Counted from the first letter of the stretch, positions 31,489 to 41,838 are shown. The stretch: 64,000 bases of DNA from Alphaproteobacteria bacterium (GCA_016869555.1 VGDY01000003.1:2206-66205); one strand, 5' to 3'. The notes: generated by a model from the letters alone, not told the origin. Numbers and translations: made by a program.

Positions 31489-33504
31489 ATGTGGAGGGAG
31501 CAGTTCGATTATTTCTGGGACGGGCGGCGCAGACTGGCCATTGGCTGGTTCGACGGGGCCGATCGCGCGACCGCGTCAGCGGTTCGGCCGGAACTCATGG
31601 TCTGCTCGGCGCGCGACGAGCGTTTTGCCAGCGCCCCCGCGCTCGTCGACGTCATCGACGCCGCGCGCTGGCGCTCGCGCATCATCGTCATCGACCTCCC
31701 GGCGGATCACCGATTTGTCCGGCTGACCGCCGGCGACGGCGTCGAACTCACCTTGGCGCTCGCCGCTGAGCGCGACCTGCCGCAAGGCGCGGATTGGCGC
31801 TTGCTCCTGACGATGCTGCCGGACGCCGGCGGCGCCGACCCGGTCGCCTTTCGGCTGGCGGCGTTTCCGGCGCGGGGCGACGTGGAGAGGCTGTCGCGCG
31901 AGCAGACCGCCGCGGCGGGCGCAAGATTGGTCTGGGCGATCGGCCAGCGCCGCGCCGTCGAACGCGCCGATAACGCCGTCGTCATTCGGCTCGCGCCGGC
32001 GCGCCGCATTTTTCCCGCCTATCAGAGCAGGCTGGTCCTGGAGGCGGCGCCTTTCGAGACCTCGGCGGCGGGCGACGCGCGCGAAGCGCCGTTCGCGATC
32101 ATGGAGCACTGGCAGCGCGAGTCAGGTTCGCCGCGAGTCGTTCTTCGCCTGCGCATTCCCGATTCGATCGAAGAGAGCGCCGCATTGCTCGGCCGATGCA
32201 GCGTCGCGCTGGCGATGAATCAGCGCAGGCGGCTCAACGGCTGGACCCTCGATCAGCGGGCGGCGGGAGAACCCGCCGTCAATGCGCTCACCATCGAGGA
32301 TCTGCGGCAGGCGACGGGAGAGCCTCACGAATATCCTGACGCTGCGGAATCCGCGGAGCCGATCGTCGTAGCCAATCTACTGTCGCTGCTCATCGATCCC
32401 GAGGAGGCGGAGGCCGATGGCGTCGCCCTGCGCCGCGGCCGCGAGAAAAGCGCGCCCGGCATGGGCGAGACGGTCGAGATCGAATTTTACGCCGCGGCGC
32501 TTGGCGATGACGTCGGTCTCGTCTGCCCTGCCGCAGGGCCGGGAGACCTCGGCGTCGCGCCGGTCGATCCGGGCGGTCCCGCCTATGTGCGGCTGTTTCG
32601 CGTCGAGGGCGACGGACCGGCGCCGCTTCGCCCGCTGGAAGACGAGGCGCTTATCGACGATCTGATGCGCCGCGCCGCCGACTCCGCGCGCGCCGCGACC
32701 GGCGCCGCCGCCCGCGCCGTCACGGAGCGCGCGGCGGGACTGCGCAGCCGCTGCGACAAGCTCGTCGCATCGCTGAACGGCGCCCTGGCGCGCGCCGAAG
32801 TCGCCGCCCGTTTCGAGCCGCCCGGCCTGTGGGATACGTTAGAGCCTCTGGCGCAGGCGAGTTTTACCGCGCTCGCCGTCGACGCGACCGGGCCGGCCCG
32901 CGCCCGGCTGCAACAGTTTGGCGGCTATGGCGCGTTTTGCGCCGACCCGGCGCTGGCGGCGGCGATCGCGCATGGCGGCGGCTTCGCGCAGTCCGTGCGC
33001 CCTTGCGCCGAAGCCGCCGACATGCGCGGCGTCCCCTCCGTTCTGGCGCGCTATCTTGACGCCTGCGGCGCGCGCGGCATTGCCCCCACGGGGATTGACC
33101 CTCGGCAAGAGGCGCGGCTCATGCGCGCGCTGTCGAAGGAGCCGGACGCCGCCGCGCTGCGCGAAGCGCGCGTCGCTCTGGCGATCGACGACGGCGTGAG
33201 GCGCGAAGCGGCGCAAGCGGCCCGCCTCATCGTCGACGCCGCCGCGGTCGAACGGGCGCGGACGCATTTTGCGGAAGCGGGCGCGACCGACGCCGCCGAC
33301 ATGCTGGACGCCTATCTCGACCTGCGGCGCGCCGGCGGCTGGGCGCCTGCGCATGAAGCGCCGACGCTCGCCGCGCTCGTCGCCCGCGCCGGCGTCGAAC
33401 TCGACGCCGAGCGGCGCGAAGCCGAAAGCGCCGCGCAGGCGCCCCCGGCCGTGGCAAGCCGCAAGGGACTGTTCGCCGCGATGCGCGGATTGTTTGGCGG
33501 CTGA
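31489..33504 (+). CDS. Hypothetical protein (about 670-750 aa) with C-terminal amphipathic helix
   Basis: Long ORF with host-like GC3 bias that fills the gap; no family recognised; ends RKGLFAAMRGLFGG. Start uncertain (ORF opens at 31261). Confidence 0.6.
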   Translation: MWREQFDYFWDGRRRLAIGWFDGADRATASAVRPELMVCSARDERFASAPALVDVIDAARWRSRIIVIDLPADHRFVRLTAGDGVELTLALAAERDLPQGADWRLLLTMLPDAGGADPVAFRLAAFPARGDVERLSREQTAAAGARLVWAIGQRRAVERADNAVVIRLAPARRIFPAYQSRLVLEAAPFETSAAGDAREAPFAIMEHWQRESGSPRVVLRLRIPDSIEESAALLGRCSVALAMNQRRRLNGWTLDQRAAGEPAVNALTIEDLRQATGEPHEYPDAAESAEPIVVANLLSLLIDPEEAEADGVALRRGREKSAPGMGETVEIEFYAAALGDDVGLVCPAAGPGDLGVAPVDPGGPAYVRLFRVEGDGPAPLRPLEDEALIDDLMRRAADSARAATGAAARAVTERAAGLRSRCDKLVASLNGALARAEVAARFEPPGLWDTLEPLAQASFTALAVDATGPARARLQQFGGYGAFCADPALAAAIAHGGGFAQSVRPCAEAADMRGVPSVLARYLDACGARGIAPTGIDPRQEARLMRALSKEPDAAALREARVALAIDDGVRREAAQAARLIVDAAAVERARTHFAEAGATDAADMLDAYLDLRRAGGWAPAHEAPTLAALVARAGVELDAERREAESAAQAPPAVASRKGLFAAMRGLFGG

Positions 33505-33745
33505 AATTGAGCAGAGGCTGAAATGCGAGCGCCGCGCCGGCATAAGTCCCGCGGCGCTAAAGCGCGAACACAGATGCGGCTGCGCAGAGGTTGCCACCCA
33601 GATCACGCTGGTCTTCAAGGCGGAATCGAGACCGCGATTCGCGATGTGGCCACATATAATCTTGACTTTTTTATGGAGAAGCCCAGAATTCAAAAGAATT
33701 TGGAACTAGAATTTTGAGCAGATAGTAGGGTCGGTGGGCGAGCCG

Positions 33746-35107
33746 ATGTCGGACGTTTTCATCAGCTACAAGCACGAGGAACGCGATCGGGTTGTCAAAA
33801 TCGTCGACGCGCTCGAATTATTGTCGGTCGACGTCTGGTTCGACAGCGAAATCCAAGCCGGCGTCAAATACGAAGAAAAAATCAAATCCGAACTGTCGCA
33901 GGCGCTCGCGGTTTTGGTGTGCTGGAGTCCTGCCGCGCGTGAGTCCGATTGGGTGCGCTGGGAGGCCAAGCTCGCGGCGCATGCAAAAAAGATGGTGCCC
34001 TGCTTTATCGAGCCGTGCGAACTCCCCCCTGAAGCAGCGCTCATTCAGACCAAAGACATATCGGATTGGGACGGACAACTAGATCATCCCGGTTGGCTGA
34101 AAACTGTCGAGGCGATCGGCAGGCTCATTGGGCGCGAGGGCCTTGTCAGCCTTCAATACGCCAAGTCAAAAGGCAATCACCTCGACCTGTTGGTTTGGGC
34201 GCAAAAATATCCAGACGACAAGTTTGCAGATGAGGCTTTTGCAACGGTTGCGCGGATCGAAAGAGAACAGTGCAATGCCGATCTTCGCGAACTCGAAGCG
34301 GCTTGTCTGGGGGCCGTCAGAGACGTCAACACTATCGCCCAAGAAAGAATCAGCAGCTACGCCTCAACATTTGAAGGATGGTTGTCCGACTTGCGCCGCG
34401 CATCCTACGCCGCACGTCCCGACCTTAATCAGGTCTTATGCGATCCAAAGGCTACGCTGATCGCCGAAGCGTTCGGAAAACTGGCGCGTCAGCGGGATGC
34501 CACGCTTGCAGAAATCGCGAAGGAGAAAGACGAACTCGAGAGACGCCGCGCTGAACTGGCCTCGCGCACTGTATCTTCTAATCGCTTTTGGCGCATCGCC
34601 TGCATCGCGATGGCCGTGTTCCTGCCGGTCACCAGCGCCGTCAGTTATTACACTGCCGATCGAGAGAACAAACCCGATGTAATGTTGCTGGAAGCCAAGG
34701 TCGCCGAGGCCGAGCAACAGGTCAAGGCGGCCAATGGCGACAGGGATGCGGCCGAGATGCGACGCCACGAACTCGCCGTGGAGCTCGATCGACTCAACTA
34801 TCAGATTGACGATTTGAAGCAACACAGTGAGTCCCTCAACGCGCAGTTGCACGCGAAGGCATCCGCACTCCAGCAAACGCAAAATGATCTTTCCCAAGCG
34901 CTGCAACAAGTTGGCCGGTTGAATGCGGCTCTTCAAAAGTTCGGCAAGGACGTCGTCGCGGCGCACGTCGAGGAGCCGGATGGAAACGCGCCGCGCGATG
35001 CTCCCTTCCCGGCGCCAATCCAGGCCAAGTCGCGAGTTATCCCTCGCTGCACTCTGACCTACAACAACAAACAGTATATAGACGCAAAAAACTGCCATTT
35101 CGCTTAG
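33746..35107 (+). CDS. TIR-domain (TIR_2-type) protein with coiled coils and one TM helix; probably C-terminally truncated
   Basis: SDVFISYKHEE, VWFDSEIQAG, VLVCWSPAARESDWVRWEA (catalytic Glu); TM FWRIACIAMAVFLPVTSAVSYY; heptad-rich segments. Confidence 0.88.
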   Translation: MSDVFISYKHEERDRVVKIVDALELLSVDVWFDSEIQAGVKYEEKIKSELSQALAVLVCWSPAARESDWVRWEAKLAAHAKKMVPCFIEPCELPPEAALIQTKDISDWDGQLDHPGWLKTVEAIGRLIGREGLVSLQYAKSKGNHLDLLVWAQKYPDDKFADEAFATVARIEREQCNADLRELEAACLGAVRDVNTIAQERISSYASTFEGWLSDLRRASYAARPDLNQVLCDPKATLIAEAFGKLARQRDATLAEIAKEKDELERRRAELASRTVSSNRFWRIACIAMAVFLPVTSAVSYYTADRENKPDVMLLEAKVAEAEQQVKAANGDRDAAEMRRHELAVELDRLNYQIDDLKQHSESLNAQLHAKASALQQTQNDLSQALQQVGRLNAALQKFGKDVVAAHVEEPDGNAPRDAPFPAPIQAKSRVIPRCTLTYNNKQYIDAKNCHFA

Positions 35108-35320
35108 CAGAAGAACGCGGAAGGACACACTTTATCGTTCGCGGACGGAAGCGACGAATTGTATAGATACAGAGTGGTCTGGAAAACGAATAATGCGACG
35201 CATTCCGCCCCTGGATATTTTGTCGATCGAAGCGGCAGAGTCGTGGGAGAGTTTGGACTCGTACGTATGGATGGCATCCATTGCTATCGGAGCGGCAATG
35301 CGCAAATGTGCGCATATTGA
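35108..35320 (+). pseudogene. In-frame continuation of the TIR gene beyond TAG 35105-35107
   Basis: Same frame stays open for 70 codons (QKNAEGHTLSFADG...GEFGLVRMDGIHCYRSGNAQMCAY*), completing a 4-Cys domain begun before the TAG. Confidence 0.65.
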
Positions 35321-35376
35321 CGCGCTCACGCCGCAGACCCGATCGCGATGAGTCGCCCGCCAAGTTGTTGGGATAC

Positions 35377-37167
35377 ATGACTGACGAGAATCATTTGCCC
35401 CGTTTCGCCTTTCGCGTCGGCGTCACGGGCGCGAGAAAGTTGCTGCCATCAAAGATCGAGCGGCTTCGTCACCAGATAAATGGTGTGCTCACCCTAGTGC
35501 GCGACGAAATTGAGAGCCTCGCTGAAACCGAGACGGCCCGCAAAATTTATGAACGGCCGCGGGAATATGCGCTGCGTGTCGTTTCTCCGCTTGCCGAAGG
35601 CGCTGACCGGCGCGTGGCGGAGGAAGCGCTTGCGCTCGGCTATGAACTTTACGCGCCATTGCCTTTTCGACAAGACATATATGAGCAAGATTTCCCGGAG
35701 ACGATCGAAGCATTCCGGAGCCTTCTAGGTCGGGCGAACGTCTTTGAACTCGATGGCGAACCGGGCAATTTTGCGCCGGAAAGCTATCGGGAGGTCGGCC
35801 GTTTCGTCGTGCGCAATTGCGACCTGCTGATCGCTCTGTGGGATGGCGAGCGCGAAGAGGGGCCAGGCGGCACGGCGGAGATCATACGCTACGCTGTCGC
35901 CACGCATATTCCCGTCTGGCGAATCGACACGCTCGCCCGCGAGGAGCCGAGCTTTATCGATAGCCCGGCCAATCTGCGTTCCGGCGGCGCGAGGACGAAT
36001 GCGAAAGAGCGACTGAAGGCCTATCTCAAGCAAGCGCTGCTTCCGCCTGAAGAAACGCATAGGGCTCACGGCGGATTGTTCGCAGGCTTCGCCGGCTGGT
36101 TGGAGAAAGGTTTTGGGGGCGATGGGGCCTCGTCGCTTAACGAATATCTCTCGGAACAAAATCCCGGCTCTAACATTCTTTGGCGCGCTTATGCCACCAT
36201 GACCTGGCTCATTTCGCTGCAGCCGTCGCGCAAGGTTCCGCCGCTCGAGCCCCCGCGCGCGCCAGTGGAACAATGGTGGGACACGCACTACCGCTTCGCC
36301 GACCGCTTAGCGATCGGCCAGGGCGATCGTTATCGATCGTCTTATGTGTGGATTGCCATTCTTGCCTTTGTCGCGCTGGCTGCGAGCGCGCTTTCGACAG
36401 TTCTGCCCCACGAGATCGAGCAGATCCTGATCGGCGCGGAAGTGTTAGCGATCGCCGGCATCGCCTTCATCGTAATTGCAGGACATTTGCAGCGCTGGCA
36501 CGACAAATGGATTTCGTATCGCCTGCTCGCCGAATTATGCCGAAAGCAATATGCGCTGTCTTCCATCGGGCGCAGCCTGCCGCCGTCAGAAGCTATTCGC
36601 GCCTCCGAGTCGAGCGACGCCCCACGCGACGTCTGGGTCGCATGGTGGTTCGCAGTCCTTCAACGAGCGGCGCCTCCTCTACTGGGCTCGCTCGCTGCAG
36701 CCAAACCTGACGCGCTACGCCTTGCCTTATCCCTTGTGGGAGAACAAGCCGCCTATCACGAGAATTGTGAAGCCCGTTACGAGGCGGCGTCGCGGCGTCT
36801 GGAGCGGCTCGGAGAACTGTTCTTTTTGTGCGCCGTGGTTTTTGCGGTCTCAAAAACATGTGCGTTCCTTTGGAACGACCCGTTTTGGATGGGCTGGACC
36901 ACTGCGCTTGCGATTTGTGTGTCGGCTGCTTCGGCCTCCTTCGTAGGGGTGCGCGCCTATTCGGAGTTCGCGCTTCTTGCGCGTCAGTCAGCTCAAATGC
37001 GCCGCGCGATGACCCAGGCGCGGGCGGATTTGGAGGCGATCGACGTTCACGCGCCGCTAGCCGCGCGGGAACTCAACCGTGCGCTCCATTCGCTGGCGCT
37101 CGTGATGTTGCAGGATGTCGGCGGCTGGGCGCGACTCTTCAGAATGAAGACATTGGAGACGGCGTAG
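35377..37167 (+). CDS. SLOG-family (YpsA-like) nucleotide-sensor domain fused to two SLATT/DUF4231-like 2TM effector modules
   Basis: RVGVTGAR, VVSPLAEGADR, LYAPLPF and CDLLIALWDG...GPGGTAEII (SLOG); ADRLA..2TM..WHDKWISYRLLAE and EQAAYH..2TM..MLQDVGGW (SLATT-like). Start reset to ATG 35377. Confidence 0.8.
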   Translation: MTDENHLPRFAFRVGVTGARKLLPSKIERLRHQINGVLTLVRDEIESLAETETARKIYERPREYALRVVSPLAEGADRRVAEEALALGYELYAPLPFRQDIYEQDFPETIEAFRSLLGRANVFELDGEPGNFAPESYREVGRFVVRNCDLLIALWDGEREEGPGGTAEIIRYAVATHIPVWRIDTLAREEPSFIDSPANLRSGGARTNAKERLKAYLKQALLPPEETHRAHGGLFAGFAGWLEKGFGGDGASSLNEYLSEQNPGSNILWRAYATMTWLISLQPSRKVPPLEPPRAPVEQWWDTHYRFADRLAIGQGDRYRSSYVWIAILAFVALAASALSTVLPHEIEQILIGAEVLAIAGIAFIVIAGHLQRWHDKWISYRLLAELCRKQYALSSIGRSLPPSEAIRASESSDAPRDVWVAWWFAVLQRAAPPLLGSLAAAKPDALRLALSLVGEQAAYHENCEARYEAASRRLERLGELFFLCAVVFAVSKTCAFLWNDPFWMGWTTALAICVSAASASFVGVRAYSEFALLARQSAQMRRAMTQARADLEAIDVHAPLAARELNRALHSLALVMLQDVGGWARLFRMKTLETA

Positions 37168-37308
37168 CGCTCCGGGCGAGCCTGCTGGTCCGTCGTTTCG
37201 ACCGGCTGAAGCTCCGGGAAAGAATCGCGGCGAGACGTTAGGATCGGCGAGATCCCGCCGCCCCTCGCAGCGCACTTATCTAAGCCGAGCCTATGCGCCC
37301 CGCTCGAC

Positions 37309-37338
37309 AGCGCAAAGCGGGTTCGTCGGCTTTGCGCT
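37309..37338. terminator. Hairpin between convergent genes
   Basis: AGCGCAAAGC-(10 nt)-GCTTTGCGCT perfect 10-bp stem; no clear U-tract. Confidence 0.45.
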
Positions 37339-37366
37339 CCGGACGGTCCTCACTCCTACTCGCCGG

Positions 37367-37879
37367 TCAGGCGGCGGGCTTGGCCTGTTCGGCGACCTTG
37401 ACCGGAAGCTGCGTTCGAATGGCGTCAACGATCCTTTGAACGGCGGCGTCCGCTTCGCCGGCCCGCTTCTCCGCGACGAGCGCGCGCTGCTCCATGGCCG
37501 CAAGCTCGGCCTGCGTCGCCGCGACCAGCGACTGCAGCGTCTCGACATCATTGCGCGTCTGAACCAACGCCGCGGAGAGTTCGGCGGCGTCGGCCTCCGA
37601 TTTGCGCAGCGCCGCTTCCGCCCGGTCGCCGCGCTCCTCGGCGCGCTCCAGTTTCTCTCGCACCGAGTTGGCGGCGGTATGCGCGCGCGCCACCGCCTGA
37701 GCCGACTGCTTCTCGAGCTCTTTTATCGCCGCGGCGGCCTGGGACACGAGGTCCAGCGCCGCCATGGCGTCGTCCGGGGGACGCGGCCGCTGACGGGCCG
37801 GATAATTGGGGGCCGGGGGCCTGTTCTCCCCTCTCGGGATGATTTCGTCCATCACCTGATCCAGATCCAGCGAATCCAT
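37367..37879 (-). CDS. Hypothetical coiled-coil protein
   Basis: GGAGG RBS; Ala/Glu-rich heptad pattern over about 120 aa. Confidence 0.7.
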   Translation of the reverse strand: MDSLDLDQVMDEIIPRGENRPPAPNYPARQRPRPPDDAMAALDLVSQAAAAIKELEKQSAQAVARAHTAANSVREKLERAEERGDRAEAALRKSEADAAELSAALVQTRNDVETLQSLVAATQAELAAMEQRALVAEKRAGEADAAVQRIVDAIRTQLPVKVAEQAKPAA

Positions 37880-38194
37880 TGGGCGCCTCCCGCCATCGCA
37901 CGAGCTGGATTGCCCAGCGCGTTCGCTCCGATTCTCATTATCGTCAAGAATCCGGCCAAATCTCGACCATTAGATCAAGTTTTGGCCACAGCGCGCGAGG
38001 TGAGCATTTTCCCTAGGACAGTATCGGCCTCCACAAACCGATAATTAAGCCAATACGACCGCCGCCGCGACCAAAAACACGCTCCGATCACATAAATTCT
38101 GTGCATGTGGTCACTTTCGCCGCGCGCCTGCAATATTTGTGGCCCAATTGGCGCAACGGCTTCTCGCCCGGACCCCGACCAAGAAGAGCATGTC

Positions 38195-40666
38195 ATGAAC
38201 GACCCGGCCGACTCCCTTATTTCCCCACAGACGAAGCCGGCGCATCCGGCGCCCGCGCGCTTCATTCGCTTTTTCGGCGAGGTTGGCATCGCCGACGTGC
38301 CGCTCGTCGGCGGCAAGAACGCTTCGCTTGGCGAAATGTATCGGGAGCTGACGGCGAAAGGCATATTGGTGCCCAATGGGTTCGCGGTCACCGCGGAAGC
38401 CTATCGTTATACGCTCGACCATGCAGGCGTCTGGGCCGACCTCAAGGCGGCGCTCGACGGACTAAATCCGTCTGACGTCGACGATCTCGCAAAGCGGGCC
38501 GCGCTCGCCCGCGATATCGTCTATGGCGCGCCGACGCCGCCCGATCTTGCGGCCGAGATTCGCGACGCCCTGACCCGCCTCACGCAGGAATATGGCGCCG
38601 ATCTGACGGTCGCCGTGCGTTCTTCGGCGACCGCCGAAGATTTGCCGAGCGCGAGTTTCGCCGGCCAGCATGACACCTATCTCAACGTGCGCGGCGCGGC
38701 GGCCGTTATCGACGCCGTTCGTCATTGCTTCGCGAGCCTGTTCACCGACCGCGCCATCCGCTATCGCATCGACAATGGCTTCGATCACTTCAAGGTGCTC
38801 AACTCGGTCGGCGTGATGAAAATGGCGCGGTCGGACCTGGCCGCGTCCGGCGTCGTCTTCACCATCGACACCGAAAGCGGATTTGATGACGTCGTCTTCA
38901 TCACCGGCGCCTATGGTCTTGGCGAGAACGTGGTGCAGGGGGCGGTCGATCCGGACGAATTCTACGTCTTCAAGCCGACCTACTTGCAGGGCAAGCGCGC
39001 CGTCTTGAAACGCACGCTCGGGGCAAAGAAAATCAGGATGATCTTTTCCGATCGCGGCAGGGCGACGACGCGGAATCTTCCGACCGACGTCAAGGATAGA
39101 GAGAAATTCTGCATTTCCGACGAAGAGGCGCTGACACTCGCCGGACAGGCCATGGCGATCGAGGCGCACTACAGCGCCAAGGCCGGCGCGCGCCGTCCGA
39201 TGGACATCGAATGGGCCAAGGACGGCGTCGACGGCCGGCTTTATATCGTGCAAGCGCGCCCCGAAACGGTCGCGTCTCGCCGCGACCGCAACATCGCCGA
39301 AATTTACAAGGTGACGAAGCACGGCGCGGTTAAGGTCGAAGGGCGCGCGGTCGGCGCGAAGATCGCCAGCGGCAAGGCGCGGGTGATCGAACACGTCAAT
39401 GCGCTCTCGACATTCGTCCCGGGCGAAATCCTCGTCGCCGACACGACGTCGCCCGATTGGGGAACCGTGATGAAATCGGCCGCGGCGATCGTGACCAATC
39501 GCGGCGGCCGCACCTGCCATGCGGCGATCGTCGCGCGCGAGCTTGGCATTCCCGCGATCGTCGGCACGGATGCGGCGACGCGCCTCATCCGCACCGGCGA
39601 CCTGATTTCGGTGAGCTGCGCCGAAGGCGACGCCGGAAAAGCCTATGAAGGCGCCATCGAGTTCGAGGTGGAGCGCGTCGATCTTTCGACTCTGACGAGA
39701 CCCGCCACCCATGTGATGATGAACGTCGGCAATCCCGACATCGCTTTCGGCCTTGCGGCCTTGCCCAACGACGGCGTCGGCCTTGCACGCATGGAATTTA
39801 TCATTGCGGATTCGATCAAGGCGCATCCGATGGCGCTCGCGCACCCCGAGCGGCTCGAACCGCGCGAACGGGCCGAAATTGCGCGACTGACCGCCAATTA
39901 TCCGAGCCCCGCCGAATACTTCGTCAAGCGTCTGTCGGAAGGAGTCGGCGCGATCGCGGCGGCGTTTTATCCCAAGCCCGTCGTCGTGCGCATGTCCGAC
40001 TTCAAGAGCAATGAATATGCGTCATTGCTCGGCGGCGCGGTTTTCGAAGCTGATGAAGCCAATCCGATGATCGGCTTTCGCGGGGCTTCGCGCTACGCGC
40101 ACCCCGCCTATCGGGACGGCTTCTCGCTCGAATGCGCCGCGATGAAACGCGTGCGCGACGAGATGGGCCTCGTCAACGTCAAGCTGATGATTCCCTTCTG
40201 CCGCCGCATCGAAGAAGCGGAGAAAGTCCTTGCCCTGATGCGCGAGCTTGGTCTCGAACGCAGCAAGAACGGGCTCGAAATCTATGTGATGTGCGAGATT
40301 CCGAACAATGTCTTGTTGGTCGATCAATTCTCCCAGCGCTTCGACGGATTTTCGATCGGCTCGAACGATCTGACGCAGCTGACGCTTGGCGTCGACCGCG
40401 ACTCGGAAATCGTCGCCTTCGACTTCGACGAACGCGACGAAGGCGTCAAGGAGATGATTCGAATGGCGGTCGAAGGCGCCAGACGCAACGGCCGTCACTG
40501 CGGAATTTGCGGCCAGGCGCCTTCGGATTATCCCGAGATCGCGGAGTTCCTTGTGGGCCTCGGAATCGACTCGATCAGCCTTAACCCAGACACGGTCCTG
40601 CAGACGACAAGACGCATCGTCGAATTCGAGAAGCAGCTCGGCAGAGCGCCAAGAAAGACGGATTGA
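38195..40666 (+). CDS. ppsA: Phosphoenolpyruvate synthase
   Basis: [31 protein letters not shown] (phospho-His) and [11 protein letters not shown] motifs; start reset to 38195. Confidence 0.97.
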   Translation: MNDPADSLISPQTKPAHPAPARFIRFFGEVGIADVPLVGGKNASLGEMYRELTAKGILVPNGFAVTAEAYRYTLDHAGVWADLKAALDGLNPSDVDDLAKRAALARDIVYGAPTPPDLAAEIRDALTRLTQEYGADLTVAVRSSATAEDLPSASFAGQHDTYLNVRGAAAVIDAVRHCFASLFTDRAIRYRIDNGFDHFKVLNSVGVMKMARSDLAASGVVFTIDTESGFDDVVFITGAYGLGENVVQGAVDPDEFYVFKPTYLQGKRAVLKRTLGAKKIRMIFSDRGRATTRNLPTDVKDREKFCISDEEALTLAGQAMAIEAHYSAKAGARRPMDIEWAKDGVDGRLYIVQARPETVASRRDRNIAEIYKVTKHGAVKVEGRAVGAKIASGKARVIEHVNALSTFVPGEILVADTTSPDWGTVMKSAAAIVTNRGGRTCHAAIVARELGIPAIVGTDAATRLIRTGDLISVSCAEGDAGKAYEGAIEFEVERVDLSTLTRPATHVMMNVGNPDIAFGLAALPNDGVGLARMEFIIADSIKAHPMALAHPERLEPRERAEIARLTANYPSPAEYFVKRLSEGVGAIAAAFYPKPVVVRMSDFKSNEYASLLGGAVFEADEANPMIGFRGASRYAHPAYRDGFSLECAAMKRVRDEMGLVNVKLMIPFCRRIEEAEKVLALMRELGLERSKNGLEIYVMCEIPNNVLLVDQFSQRFDGFSIGSNDLTQLTLGVDRDSEIVAFDFDERDEGVKEMIRMAVEGARRNGRHCGICGQAPSDYPEIAEFLVGLGIDSISLNPDTVLQTTRRIVEFEKQLGRAPRKTD

Positions 40667-40767
40667 TCGGCGGGCGTGTCTTTAGATTGATTGAATCCTC
40701 ATTCGCGCTCGGCCCGCGTAGCGCGTCGAGCGACCGTGGCGCGCGTCGCCGAGCAAAGGAATAACAG

Positions 40768-41838
40768 ATGAACGCAGCGGCCAACGGGAAAGTCCTCGCG
40801 ACGATGGCGCCAGCGGCCGGACTGATCGGAGTCGCCGCGGCGCTGCATTTTGCGCAAGCCGGATCGATCGTTAGCTTCATCTCCTCCGCTCTGGCGCTCG
40901 CGAGCGTCGCCTATGTGATTGGCGAAGCCACCGATCAACTTGGCAATCACCTTTCGCCGGCGGCGACCGGCATTGTTCAATCGGCGGTCGGCAATCTTCC
41001 CGAACTGTTCGTCTGCATCTTCGCACTCAGGGCCGGGCTGCTGACCGTCGTGCAGGCGTCGCTGATCGGCTCCATTCTGTCGAACGCGCTCTTGGTTCTC
41101 GGACTCGCCTTTGTCGCCGGCGGCTGGAAGCTAGGCGTTCTTCACTTCGAGAGTCAGTCGCCGCGGATGATTGCGACGCTGCTGCTGCTGGCGGTGTCGG
41201 CGCTGGTGCTGCCGACGCTTGCGCAGGAATTGCATCTGCCGAGCGGCGCGCATGAGCAGGAACTCGCCATCGTCTGCGCCATCGTGCTGTTGCTCGTTTT
41301 TGTTGTTCTCACCCAGGCCATGCTTCGTCAGGGGCAACGCGCGCTGCCGGCCGAGACCCATGCGCGCCTCCATGCCTGGTCGCTTGGCGCTTCGGTCGGC
41401 GTTCTCGCCGTCTGCGGCGTCGCCGCCGGCTTTGTGTCCGACTGGTTTGTCGAGGCGCTCGGCCCCGCGATCGAGGCGCTCGGCGTCAGCGAGGCCTTCT
41501 CTGGACTTGTCGTCGTCGCCATCGCCGGCAACGCCGTCGAGAATGTCGTCGGCGTTCGGCTCGCGGCTCAGGGCAAGGCCGATCTCGCGGTCAGCGTGAT
41601 CCTCAACTCGGCGCTTCAGGTCGCCGTGGCGCTTATCCCGGTTCTCGTGCTCGTCAGCTACGCGATCGGCGGCGCGGCGACCTTCACGCTCGCCATTCCG
41701 CCAATTCTTGCGGCGGCCCTGTTTCTTTCGGTGCTGGTGGTCACGGTGGTCACCGTCGACGGCCGAGCCGACATGGTCGACGGGGCTGCGCTTATTGGTC
41801 TTTACGTCATCGTCGCGGCGATTTTCTGGTGGGGGTAG
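40768..41838 (+). CDS. Ca2+/H+ exchanger (CAX/ChaA family)
   Basis: Alpha-repeat motifs GNLPEL...GSILSN and GNAVEN...NSALQVA; about 11 TM helices. Confidence 0.88.
   Translation: MNAAANGKVLATMAPAAGLIGVAAALHFAQAGSIVSFISSALALASVAYVIGEATDQLGNHLSPAATGIVQSAVGNLPELFVCIFALRAGLLTVVQASLIGSILSNALLVLGLAFVAGGWKLGVLHFESQSPRMIATLLLLAVSALVLPTLAQELHLPSGAHEQELAIVCAIVLLLVFVVLTQAMLRQGQRALPAETHARLHAWSLGASVGVLAVCGVAAGFVSDWFVEALGPAIEALGVSEAFSGLVVVAIAGNAVENVVGVRLAAQGKADLAVSVILNSALQVAVALIPVLVLVSYAIGGAATFTLAIPPILAAALFLSVLVVTVVTVDGRADMVDGAALIGLYVIVAAIFWWG

Noticed and set aside
35105-35107. Pyrrolysine or genome-wide TAG recoding
   Set aside because: Other genes here end at TAG normally (murI, infB, nusA) and no pyl genes are visible; nonsense mutation or error is more likely.
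35281-35376. 32-aa N-terminal extension of the SLOG protein from TTG 35281
   Set aside because: It overlaps the TIR read-through segment in another frame; ATG 35377 precedes the first SLOG strand.
33505-37300. Mobile element boundaries around the TIR/SLOG pair
   Set aside because: No integrase, transposase, tRNA or flanking direct repeat was found by eye.
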